A stretch of 64,000 nucleotides of DNA from an uncultured Chloroflexia bacterium (lineage in GTDB: Bacteria; Chloroflexota; Limnocylindria; Limnocylindrales; CSP1-4). The stretch lies in NCBI GenBank assembly GCA_963746845.1, contig CAVVCZ010000002.1, positions 32,001 to 96,000 of the forward strand, given 5' to 3'. The notes under the pieces were generated by a model. The model was given only the letters and a program-made list of their open reading frames with translations. It was not told the origin of the DNA and made no database searches. Position numbers and translations under genes: made by a program. The first letter of the stretch is position 1. Every line of letters starts with the position of its first letter. Positions 41,417 to 52,098 of the stretch are shown here, piece after piece.

Positions 41417-42644
41417 TCACCGTCCCTTCGGCTGGGTCGGGCTCGGCGCTCCGAGCTCAGCCCAGGCACCGAGCTCGATCAGGCCGAACGGGTCAGCCTC
41501 GTCGTCGCCGGCGATCCGGTCGTCAGCCAAGCTCGGTCGGACCGGCTCCGTCAGCGCCCAGGCGCGGTTCAAGGTCTTGACGACTGCTCCCGGCGTGGGG
41601 ACGATGCCGCCCATCCGGCCATGGAAGAAGACCGGCGCGGATCCCTCGACCGCCAAACGCACGTCCTCGACCATCTGACCCGCGGACATCTCCACGACGA
41701 CGATGGCCCGCACGCTCTGGCGATTCGCGCAGCTCGGTCGAGGGGAACGGCCAGAGGCTGATCGGTCGGAAGAGCCCGGCGCGAAGGCCGAGATCGCGCG
41801 CCCGCTCGATGGCGGTTCGCGCGACGCGCGCCGACGTCCCGTAGGCCACGATGACGATCTCGGCGTCGTCGAGCAACTCACCCGCCCAGCGGACCTCGCG
41901 CTCGCGGATCGTGGTGAACTTCGCCTGCAACAGCTCGTTGTGCGCCTCGAGCTCCTCGGGCCGGAGATGGAGCGAGCGGACAACCCGGGCCGGCCGACCG
42001 GCGGCCCCGGTGAGCTCCCAGCCGGCCGGCTCCCGGACCGGCATCCGGTAGACGGGCAGGACCGCCTCCATGGCCTGACCCATGACACCGTCGGCGACGA
42101 TCATCACGGGCGTCCGGTAGCGCTCGGCGATCTCGAAGGCGTCGGCCACGAGGCCGACCCCCTCGGCGATCGAGGACGGGGCGAGCACCGGAACGTGGTA
42201 GTCGCCATGGCCGTGGCCCTTCGTCGCTGGAAGTAGTCCGACTGCGAGGGTCCGATGCTGCCGAGCCCGGGTCCACCCCGCATGACGTTGATGAGGACCA
42301 TCGGCAGCTCGGAGCCCGCCAGGTAGCTCATCCCCTCGGCCATCAGGCTGATGCCGGGGCTCGAGGAGGAGACGAGGACCCGGGCGCCGGTCGCCGCGGC
42401 CCCAAGCGCCATGTTGATCGCCGCCAGCTCGCTCTCCGCCTGGACGAAGACGCGCCCCAGCTCCGGCATGCGCCGGGCCATCCACTCCAGCAGCTCGGCC
42501 TGCGGCGTGATCGGGTAGCCGAAGTACGCGTCGCAGCCCGCCGGATGGCGGCCTCGGCCATCGCTTCGTCGCCCTTCATCAGGATCGGGCGGACGACGTC
42601 GTCCTCGCGACCGGTGCCACAGGGACCTCGGCGATGGCGACCAC
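41417..42644 (-). CDS. 2-oxoacid:ferredoxin oxidoreductase alpha subunit (VorB-like), broken by several frameshifts
   Basis: MKGDEAMA / GYPITPQ, QAESE, SSSPG, RGGPG / VAYG / VVEMSAGQM in successive frames. Confidence 0.82.
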
Positions 42645-42645
42645 G

Positions 42646-42918
42646 TCAGGTCAGCCTGGGCCGAGCGAACACGGCGAACACCGTGTCGGGGCAGATCCGC
42701 GCACACAACGCACAGCTCGTGCATGCGGCGGCATCGGTCAGTCGAACCGGGTGGTAGCCGAGGGCGTTCACCAGCGAGTCATCGAGCGCGAGGACGCTCT
42801 TCGGGCAGATGTCAACGCAGAGGCCGCAGCCCTTGCACCGGTCGGCCGCGATGTCGAGCGGCTCGAAGGTGTCGAGTGCCCACGGCCCCGACTCGATTGA
42901 CTGGACGGCGATCGCCAT
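42646..42918 (-). CDS. 2x[4Fe-4S] ferredoxin (OFOR delta subunit)
   Basis: [12 protein letters not shown] and [12 protein letters not shown]. Confidence 0.92.
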   Translation of the reverse strand: MAIAVQSIESGPWALDTFEPLDIAADRCKGCGLCVDICPKSVLALDDSLVNALGYHPVRLTDAAACTSCALCARICPDTVFAVFARPRLT

Positions 42919-43286
42919 CGGCTACCTCCACTCGAACCGTAGGCTCGACACCCGGGCTCGGCGAGGGCTGAACGGCGTCTTCGAGAGGGCCGAACGGCCG
43001 GTGTTGACGACGACCGCTCCGGAGCGTCGGCTCCCCGCGCCCTCAGAGTGAGAGGAGCGAGGGGGCGGTCCGCCTCGGAGAAGCCCGGCCGGCGAGGCCG
43101 CCCGAGAACCGCTGGACATCCTCGCCGCGGAGCATCAGCGAGCGAAGGAGTCCTGCACGCAGCCTCCGGTTGCGCACAAACCGACGCGCGTCAGAAGTCG
43201 TGGCGGTCGGTCGCCAGGACGGCCATGGTCAGCGCAACTTCATCAGCTCGGCTGCGCACCGTCGCGCCAGTCCCCGAAACCCGTGA

Positions 43287-43400
43287 TCAGTCCGGCGGGA
43301 CGTTGTGGTTGAGCCGGAACAGGTTCTCCGGGTCGTACGTGCGTTTGAGGGCGATCAACCGCTCGAGCTTCTCCTGGCCGTAGACGAGCTCGGCCAGCTG
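43287..43400 (-). pseudogene. Isolated C-terminal BBE fragment of an FAD oxidase
   Basis: Reads VYGQEKLERLIALKRTYDPENLFRLNHNVPPD* with no upstream body. Confidence 0.65.
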
Positions 43401-43508
43401 TCGCGAGTCGGGACGGCCGGCGCCCTGGGTGAGTACGGCCCGCAGGCGACCCACCGATGCCTCCTGACGAGTCGCGAGGCCGCCTCGAAACCCGTCTCCA
43501 ACGGAGAT

Positions 43509-44280
43509 CTACTTCTTTGGCTTGGACGGCTTGCCGGTATCCCTGCCGGGCTGGAGCCCGGGTTGCCGCCTTTGGCGGAACGGCGGGCCGCCGCGGCTTT
43601 GCCGGGAAGGCCTTCATCGGCCTGGCCGGCGCCGGCGATGGGCTCGGCGCTGTCGTACGCCAGAGCCTGCGCCATCCCGCCCATCGCCGCCGCGGCAGCG
43701 AGTTCAGCGGCTCCTGCGGCCGCCGATCGCACGGCCGCCGCCGCCATTTCGGCACTTCGCGGCCCCAAACGCATCGGAGCTCGCGTATTCGTCGCGCCCC
43801 TCGCCCATCTCGGTCCGTCCGAGCGCCGCGAGCTCACCCGCGAGGTGCTCCGCTCCGTGGGCCACGAGAGCGCCCTCGGTGGCTCGGCGGAGCGCGTCGG
43901 TTGCCAGGACGCGCAGCCGGCGGCCCGTCCGGCCGAGAAAGGCCGCGAGCGTCGGCTGCCCGAACGGGCCCCGGACGAGCTCCGCGGCCACCTGGACCTG
44001 GCCGGCGATGCCTGCAGGTCCATGCCGCGGCGGAACTCGTCGGTGCTGAGCGCGGCGGCGAGTGCTCCGCCGGCGGCGACTTCGTCGGCCATGTCGAGGG
44101 TCGCAGCGCCCTCGGCGGCGTCGCGCGCACCTCGCCGGGCGGCCGCATCGCTCAGGGTCGAATAGGTCGCTGCGACGGCCGCCTCGTCCTCGCCGCGGGT
44201 CACATCGGCAGCCCGGGCCGCGGCTTGACTCAGCGCGGCCGCGGATGCCGCGTCGGCGGCGGCCTTCGCCGCGGCGCGGG
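43509..44280 (-). pseudogene. Ala-rich helical hypothetical protein, frameshifted and apparently 5'-truncated
   Basis: Coding-like segments alternate among frames (ALSTDEFRRGMDL / AGIAGQVQ... / SAEMAAA...); ends KPSKPKK*. Confidence 0.4.
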
Positions 44281-44756
44281 GCTCGGTTCGGGTACCGAAC
44301 CCGACCTTCCCCCTGGTTTCCGAGCCGGCATCTCGCCTCCCGCCACCAGGGCCCTCGGCAACTCATGTGCCCGGCATCGGCCTCCGGTTGGCGCGATCTG
44401 ACCAAACCCCAAGGGATCGTCGTCGACGTGCGGAGCGGGGGCCGCACCTATCCTAGTCCTCCGGCCAAACACGCCCGCATGTGTTCGTCGCGATGCGCAA
44501 CACGGTTGCTGAGTTGGCCGGAGATCCAGACACCGGTACTGCGGGGACTGGTCATCGCAGCCCCTCCCTCCCTGAGGGCGGTCGTCGAGTCGCCGCCGGC
44601 CGTTCCACTCGTTGCGGCCCCGGAGACGACCTGCTGCCTGGGACGAGGGACAGCGGGGGCCCGTCGACGACCGCCGAGCCAGCGGGTGCTTGATCGGCCT
44701 CCAGCGTGGGACGCAAAAGGGCCTCCTCGCGCTGATCTGATGGCTCTGCGGCCGGA

Positions 44757-44981
44757 TCAGCGTCGCGGTTTCGTCGGCTCGACCTTCTTCGTGGGATGGA
44801 CGACATGAGCGATTCCGCCCGCCGGCCGGATCGTCGACTCGTGCCCGTCGTCCCAGGCGACGCGGTAGCGGGTCCCGTACTCGGCCTCGATCACCTCGAG
44901 AATCTCGCCTTCGCGAGCCGGTTCGCCGGCCTTGTCGGAGTCGATCAGGATGCGGTCCCGTTGCTTGACCACCATGGCCAC
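44757..44981 (-). CDS. DUF1918 domain protein
   Basis: GGAGG RBS; REGEILEV...YRVAWDDGHESTIRP. Confidence 0.8.
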   Translation of the reverse strand: MAMVVKQRDRILIDSDKAGEPAREGEILEVIEAEYGTRYRVAWDDGHESTIRPAGGIAHVVHPTKKVEPTKPRR

Positions 44982-45102
44982 CTCCTCCGTTGCGTGGTCG
45001 GGTGGCCCCGAGGGTCGCCCTGTAGGTGGCCCTCATGATCGTGCGAAGGACGCGCCCCGGCCAGTGCCAACTGTCCCGACATCGCTACCCTCGACGGTCG
45101 TC

Positions 45103-45933
45103 TCAGCCGAGCTTGGTCGACAACTTGATGCTGTCGACGACCGGCTGCGCGACCGGGGCGAACGTCGTCGCGTCGACGACGTTGTAGACGACGTACAGCA
45201 TGTGGGGTCCGTCGCCGATCTGCGCGAGGTACAGCCGGGTCTTCATGTCGCTGGCGATCGCCCACGGTTCAGGGAACTCCGGGAACGTGAAGATCGCCGC
45301 GCAGGCGCGCGTGGGGCAGCCCGGGTCACCGTTTGGCGCGTCTTCTGAGACGGCGATATCCATCACGAGGGCAGGGAGCTTGTCCTGACCGATGGTCGTC
45401 TGCCTGGCCGGCGAGACCGTCAGCTCGCGGACACCATGGAGCCAGTCGCTGACGGCGCTCGGAGTGTTGGCGACCCCTGTGACCGGTTTGCCGTCCCAGG
45501 TGACCGGGCTCATGTCGAGCCAGAACACGATCGAGTCGCCTTCCCCATGGGTGCCGGCGACGTCCAGGGCGAACTCCCCCGTGCTGTCCTCATGGCTGGA
45601 CCATCTGTCGTTCAGCGTGACCGTCAGTCCACCTGGGTAGAAGTTCACCGTCGTGTACGTCCCGGCAGGGAGCGGGCCAGGCTGGCTCAGCGCAGGTGGC
45701 TGCATCTGCATGAGCAGGCAGGCGGGATCGCACGAGGGCGTCGGCTGCGAGACGGATGGGCTGGCGTCCGCAAGCGCCGTCGTGGAGGCTGACGGTCGCG
45801 CGACCGGGGTCGGCACCGCGCTGGCGGCCGCAGGTGACGAGGGCGCCGGAAGGCTGGCGCCGGGACCGGAACAGGCCGCGGTCAGCAGGGCGATGAGCGT
45901 GGCCAAGAGCCAGCGCGACTCGAGATGACGCAT
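45103..45933 (-). CDS. Putative lipoprotein (PGTY...DSI family)
   Basis: Lipobox LTAAC; GPLPAGTY; AQPVVDSIKL. Confidence 0.75.
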   Translation of the reverse strand: MRHLESRWLLATLIALLTAACSGPGASLPAPSSPAAASAVPTPVARPSASTTALADASPSVSQPTPSCDPACLLMQMQPPALSQPGPLPAGTYTTVNFYPGGLTVTLNDRWSSHEDSTGEFALDVAGTHGEGDSIVFWLDMSPVTWDGKPVTGVANTPSAVSDWLHGVRELTVSPARQTTIGQDKLPALVMDIAVSEDAPNGDPGCPTRACAAIFTFPEFPEPWAIASDMKTRLYLAQIGDGPHMLYVVYNVVDATTFAPVAQPVVDSIKLSTKLG

Positions 45934-46094
45934 GGCGATCTGCTACCTCGTGCACTCAGATCCTGGTAGCAATGTAACCGTCGTCATCGCGCGAACAGCA
46001 GTGATCGATCGCCAGCAGCGCTTCGTCCAGCGCACCTTGCAGACGCACGCGACAGGGCATGCCAGTCCGAACGCTGGTCGCCATTCAAGGAACG

Positions 46095-46139
46095 TGGAGC
46101 CGACGCTCGGATTTGAACCGAGGACCTGCTGCCTACGAA
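46095..46139 (-). repeat. Displaced 3' half of tRNA-Thr(CGT) (att-like direct repeat)
   Basis: TGGAGCCGACgCTCGGATTTGAACCGAGGACCTGCTGccTACGAA matches 51629-51673 with 3 mismatches. Confidence 0.9.
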
Positions 46140-46351
46140 GTCGTTCGGCCTAAGCGTTGTGGCCGAGCGTGGAATCGCCGCGTCGAGCCGGGGTCGAGAT
46201 CACCATCGGTTGTTTCCGATCTGCGCAGTCCGGGATCGTCGCGTTGCGCCGCTTGCATCCCCATGTCGTGCTGCGTCTGTGCGCGTAAGCCAGCGAGGGC
46301 GCCTCGCCATGGGACCCGGATTCTGGCCGGACTCGGACGTAGACTGCGCCG

Positions 46352-49300
46352 ATGCCGAGCTGTCCGCAGGTGGCCGTGAGCGACCGGGGCAATTCCCCCG
46401 CTGCGGCTACTGCGGCGAGCGGTTCGCCGATGTCGCCCCGATGCCGGATGTCAGCCGCACGGTCACCTTCCTCACTTCCGATCTGCAGGGCTCAACGGCG
46501 CTCGCCGAGCGGCTCGATCCGGAGACCCTGCGGGAGGTCCTCGACCTCTACTTCGACGACATGCGAGCCGTCTTCGAATTGCGCGGCGCGATCATCGAGA
46601 AGATCATCGGCGATGCCATCCTGGCCGTCTTCGGGCTGAGCGGCTCGCGCGGGGATCACGCCCTTCAGGCCGTCCGAGCGGCGGCCGAAGGCCAGGCGGC
46701 CCAGCAGGCCTTGAACGCGCGACTCGAGGCCCGCTGGGGGGTCCAGCTCGTGGTTCGGACCGGGATCGCCACCGGCCCGCTGGTCGTCAGAGCAGCCAGC
46801 GCCGACGAGCATATCCTGACCGGCGACGTCATTCAGCGCTCTGGCCGGCTCGAGCAGTCGGCGCCGCCCCACGAGGTGCTCCTGGACGAGCCCACGCATG
46901 CGGCCGCCACCGCGCTCGCGACCATCGCGGCCGAGCCGTTCGTCGCGAGACCGAAGACCGCCGCGGCCTCGTCACACGATGCGGCCTTGCCAATCTCGGC
47001 GTTCCGGCTTGTCTCGGTCGATCCGGAACGTGCAGGTCCACCCGGCTCCGCGCCGACCGAGGCAGTCGGCGTCCAGACCTGCCGGAACTGCGGAACGGCG
47101 AACCCCGACGACTTCCGCCTGTGCGGTGGGTGCGGCGGCCAGCTCGGCGTCGCGCATGTCGCGGAGATGAGGAAGACGGTGACCATCGTTTTCGCCTTTC
47201 TGGACGCCCGCGACCTGGCCGGTGAGCCGCTGACCGCAGACGTCCAGCGCGACGTCATGGCGCGTGCATTCGACGCGTCACGCATCGCTCTCGCCCGTCA
47301 CGGCGGCACGATCGAGAAGTTCATCGGCGATGCCGTGATGGCCGTCTTCGGCCTGCCCGTCCGCCACGAGGACGATGCGTTGCGCGCCGTCCGCGCCGCC
47401 CTGGACATGCGCGCGGGCCTGTCGGTCCTGGCCACCGAGCTGGCGCAGGAATCGGCGATCGACTTCGAAGTTGCGATCGGCGTCAACACCGGTGAGGTCA
47501 TCACGGGCGAAGCGAGCCTCGGCCAGCGCCTCGTGACCGGTGACGCCGTCAACGTCGCGGCGCGCCTCGAACAGGCCGCCGCCCCCGGGGAGATTCTCAT
47601 CGGCGACCTGACCGCGAGGCTGGTACGCGAGACCGCGAGACTCGAACAGGTCGAATTGCTCACGCTCAAGGGCAAATCGCAACCCGTCCCCGCTCATCGA
47701 CTCATGGGCGTCCTGGGCGCATCGATCGCCGCCATTCGACCCGCGACTGCCATGGTCGGACGCGAGACCGAGATGCGGCTCCTGACGGATGCGCTCGATG
47801 GGGCCATCGAAACACGTGGCTGTCGCATCGTCACCCTCATCGGTGACGCCGGCGTCGGCAAGACGCGCCTCTCGAAGGAGTTCCTCGAATCTGCCCGAGC
47901 TCATGCCACGATCGTGAGCGGGCGCTGCCTTCCGTATGGCGACGGCATCACCTTCTGGCCCGTCGTCGAGGTCGTCCAGGGCGCCGCGGGCCTGCTCGAT
48001 TCGGACACGCCGGCCAAGGCCATCCGGAAGCTTCGGCGCATCCTCGGTGACAAAGAGGTGGTCGATCGGATCGCGGCGGCCGTCGGCTTGCGCGATGCGC
48101 CGTTCCAGGTCGGCGAGCTCTTCTGGGGGATCCGCCGGTTTCTGGAGATCCTCGCCGCCGGCAAACCGCTGGTGGTTCTGTTCGACGACATCCAGTGGGC
48201 CGAACCGACGTTTCTCGACCTGCTTGGCCACCTGACCGCGAACGTGCGCGACGAGCCGATCCTGCTCTTGTGCATGGCCCGCCATGCGCTTCTGGAGAAG
48301 CAGCCGACGTGGGGCCAGGGGCCGGACGAACGAACCATCGTCCTGTCGCCGCTGTCAGACGCGGATGCTGCGCGCGTGACGGCGAACCTCCTCGGCAAGG
48401 TCGGACTGGCGGATGCGGTTCAGGACCGGGTCGTCGCCGCTGCCGAGGGCAACCCGCTGTTCGTCGAGCAGCTCGTCTCGATGCTCCAGGAAACCGGCAT
48501 GCTGCGGCTCATCGAGGGTCGGTGGGAGCCAGCCGGCGACCTGTCCACGCTGGCCATCCCACCGACCATCCACGCGCTGCTGGCAGCCCGCCTCGACCAG
48601 CTGCCGGAGGGCGAGCGGGCAACCGTCGATCCCGCCTCGGTCATCGGCCTGGTCTTCCCGCAGGTCGCGCTGCAGGCGATCGTCGATGACGACGTCCGCG
48701 ACCAGGTCCCGGAGCGCCTCGACGAGCTCACCACGCGGCAGCTGGTGCGCCCGACGGACCCGGCCGACAGCGAGAACGACGAGTACCGCTTCACCCATTT
48801 GATGATCCGGGACGCGACCTACGCAGGACTCCTGAAGCGCACGAGGGCGCGCCTCCACGAGCGGTTCGTGGCGTGGGCCGACGAGGCCAATCGGGCGACC
48901 GAGCGCGTGACCGAGTTCGAGGAGATCCTCGGCTACCACCTCGAGCAGGCGCATCGCTACCTCTTCGAGCTTGGCCCGCTCGACGAGCACGGGTCGGCCA
49001 TCGGCATCGACGCGTCCGGGCGCCTGGCCTCCGCCGGCCAGCGGGCCTTCGTGCGTGGTGACATGCCGGCCACCGCGAATCTCGTCCGCCGCGCGGTCGA
49101 CCTGCTGCCGGACGATCACGCGGCGAGGCCGAATCTGTTGTTCCAGCTCGGGCTGGCGCTCTGGGAAGTCGGCGAGGGCGAGGCAGCGGACGCCGCCTGC
49201 GCCGGGGCGATCGAGGGCGCGTCGCGGCTGGGAGACGTGGGGCTCGAGACGACCGCCCGGCTGGAGCGCGTCATGAACCAGTACTACGCCGATCCTTCCA

Positions 49301-50277
49301 AAGTCGAGGGCGACATCGAGGCGCAGATCCGCCAGAGCATCGCCATCCTCGAGCGCCTGGGCGACGACGCCGGTCTCGCGCGGGCCTGGCTGTCGATGAG
49401 CGGGGTGCGTATCGTCGGCACCCGCTGGGGCGAGGCCGCAGAGGCAGTCGAGCGGGTCATCGGACACGCGCAGAAGGCGGGCGACCGCGTGCTCGAGATC
49501 CGGGCCGGCCCGAACCTGGCGATGTGCGCGCAGTTCGGTCCGACGCCCGTCCCGGAAGCGATCCGGCTGTGCGAGGAGATCATCGCTCGCTCGACCGGCG
49601 ACCAGAAGGCCGAGGCGGTGACGCTGCGCAGCCTCGCCCACCTCCACGCCAAGCGCGGCGAGTTCGACATTGCCCGCGACGAATATCGGCGGGCGCGTCG
49701 AACGCTCGAGGAGCTCGGCTGGAAGTTCCATGCCGCCCTCACCTCGATCGACTCAGGCCCCATCGAGATGCTGGCCGGCGATCCGGTTGCGGCCGAGGCG
49801 GAGTTGCGACACGACTACGAGGCGCTCGATCGGCTCGGCGACCGCAACTACATCTCGACGGTGGCCGCCTACCTCGCCGAGGCCCTCTGCCAGCAGGGCC
49901 GGTTCGACGACGCGTCCACGATGGCGTCGTTCAGCGCCGATGTCGCAGCGCCCGACGACGTGTATACACAGGTCGCGCTTCGGCGTGTTCGGGGCAAAGT
50001 GCACTCCTGGCTCCGTCGGCACGATGCGGCTGAAGCCGCGTGTCGCGAAGCCGTCGACCTGAGCCGGACCGAGGATGATCCGACGGACCAGGCCAATGCG
50101 CTGTCGGACCTCGCGCTCGTCCTGCGCGCCGCCGGCCGGGATGCAGAGGCGATTGCAGCCGGGACCGAGGCACTGGCGCTGTATGAGCGCAAGGGCAACG
50201 TCGTTTCAGCGGCCCGAACCCGGCAATCCCTCGCAGCCGCCGTCGAGGAGACGGCGCTGACGAGCGACCGTCGCTGA
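46352..50277 (+). CDS. Tandem (Zn-ribbon + class III cyclase)x2 - STAND/AAA ATPase - TPR protein; -1 frameshift at about 46370
   Basis: MPSCPQ/[C]GRE..RCGYCG; EKIIGDA; CRNCG..LCGGCG; EKFIGDAV; GDAVNVAARLE; GDAGVGKTR; FDDIQWA; AEGNPLF. Confidence 0.88.
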
Positions 50278-50283
50278 CATGAG

Positions 50284-50311
50284 ACAGCGCGCCCGTGGCC
50301 GGGCGCGCTGT
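50284..50311. terminator. Hairpin between convergent genes
   Basis: ACAGCGCGCCCG-TGGC-CGGGCGCGCTGT. Confidence 0.65.
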
Positions 50312-50352
50312 GTCTGATGAAGATGGATCCCGCGCGGGGCGGGAAGCAGCAC

Positions 50353-51298
50353 CTACCGCGGATAGCCGGCCGGGTCGAACGTGCCCGGAGGGGCCAGGAC
50401 CCCGAAGAACCCGACGTTGTGCTGGCCGGACTTCTTGAAGAGCACGCACGGCCCGGTCGCGTTCTTGCCGCAGGCCGGGAGCAGCCCGGTGAAGGGAGTC
50501 CCGTCAGCCAGGAAACCGTCCCAGCAGACGTTGAACTGCCCGATGCCCTTGTTCACGAGATTGGACGCGAGCGCAAAGATGATCGTCTTCGGACCGGAGG
50601 CAGTGGTGTTGTGGAACGTCAACACGCCGTTCGAATCGAGCGGAGGGCCTCCGCAGGCGGTCGTCATGGCCGGAATGGCGGGCCCGAAGCCAACACCTGT
50701 GAACGTTCCATCGTCAGAGAACAGGGTCGCGGCTGTAGAGGAACCGTTGAAGACCTGCGTGCACACCACATTGTCCGGACAAGGGGCGATGGGTTGCGTC
50801 TGCGGGATGAAGTCGGCCGTGAAGAAAGTCTCGCCGTCTTCGTAGCTGCACGTTGCGGTGGACGGGGCGCTGGCTTCCAGCTTGTAGAAGCTTGGCGTCC
50901 GTGACGCTGATGTTGAACGTCGCGATGCTCTTCGACGCCTTGGCCGTGTAGGAAGCGCAGGATCGAGGACTCCTCACCGTCGCTCCTGAAGACGTCGAGC
51001 GTCACCGTGGTCCGCGAACACGGATCGGAGCTCGGCAGGATCGTGTTTCCTTCACCACCGCTATGATGGCGACCTGGACGGAGAACGTCTGAAAGGTCAT
51101 CACCGTGTCCGGCGCTGTGATGACCAGGTTGCACTCGGCCGGGCCCTCGCCCTCGCCCTCGCCTACGTAAGCAAGACACGCCGAGGACGCCGAAGCGGCG
51201 TTGGCGATACCGCCGATCGGGATGAGCACGGTTGCGGCCAATGCAAGGGTCACCGCCGCAGCGGACATGCCGCGGCGAACGCGCGAGACTGTGTGCAT
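50353..51298 (-). pseudogene. Secreted Cys-containing beta-rich protein, broken by at least 3 frameshifts
   Basis: GAGGAGG RBS and signal peptide (ANA-A); coding segments continue across frames to PAGYPR*. Confidence 0.55.
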
Positions 51299-51628
51299 CG
51301 ACACCCTCCTCGATACCGATCCATGGCGGCCTGCCACCGCGAACACAACAGCCAAACCGTCGGACCCAGGGGTTCCGGTATCAGGCCCCAAGGTACTGCG
51401 AATGTGTTGACAGCTGTCACGCCCGCAACAATGGGCGGTGTGTCCACGCACCACATCGAGGAACCGCCGGTGCCGGCCTGATCAAGCGGGACTGCGCAAG
51501 CAGAATGTGTCGCGAGCTCGGATCCGGTCTCCCGTGCGACTTCCTCGGAGAGACCTCAACTCTGCGCTGCGCCAATTCCGATGAACCAGTTCGGTGCGCG
51601 CCCCCGCGGACCAGGTCGCACCGATTCG

Positions 51629-51703
51629 TGGAGCCGACACTCGGATTTGAACCGAGGACCTGCTGTTTACGAAACAGCTGCTCTACCGCTGAGCTATGTC
51701 GGC
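51629..51703 (-). tRNA. tRNA-Thr(CGT), intact with encoded CCA
   Basis: GCCGACATAGCTCAGCGGTAGAGCAGCTGTTTCGTAAACAGCAGGTCCTCGGTTCAAATCCGAGTGTCGGCTCCA folds as a cloverleaf; loop TTCGTAA. Confidence 0.96.
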
Positions 51704-51808
51704 GCCGATCAAGAGTAGCCGATGCTGAGAGGACAGCAGGTGTTTGGCTTCGCCGGAACATGCTCGGGTCGTGCTCAGAGCGGTAGCAGAGCGCTCGAAC
51801 AGCTGATG
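51704..51808. repeat. Arm U copy 1 (tRNA promoter plus conserved motifs)
   Basis: Homologous to 57251-57363; -10-like TACTCT on minus strand (51712-51717); TCGTGCTCAGAGCGGTAGCA and GCTCGAACAGCTGAT shared. Confidence 0.85.
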
Positions 51809-52098
51809 ACCGGCTTCGAAGCGCCGAAGCAGCCGGACATGCTCATTACCCTCGGCTCGCTCGACTCACACCCGCCTTTCAAACGGACGAGTCATGCAGA
51901 TGGCCAGGAGGCGCCGGTGCTCGCGCGGTCGAGGGCGATTTCGGCGGTCCAAGCCGGAAAGGAAGGACTCTACCCTAACCGTCTTCGCGTCCGGGTTTAG
52001 GACCACTCAATTGACGGTGGGATCGATGATGGAGGCACGCCACGCGTAGCGCCGCGGCCCGCCACCCGCCAGTGACTCCGGGCCACGAGGGAGTTTCG

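Noticed and set aside
44700-44760. c-di-GMP-I riboswitch (GGGACGCAAAAG)
   Set aside because: No upstream GGCAAA P2 element and no suitably oriented downstream gene.
51300-51480. Riboswitch in the leader of the secreted-protein gene
   Set aside because: No recognisable consensus by eye; an Rfam/Infernal scan would be needed.
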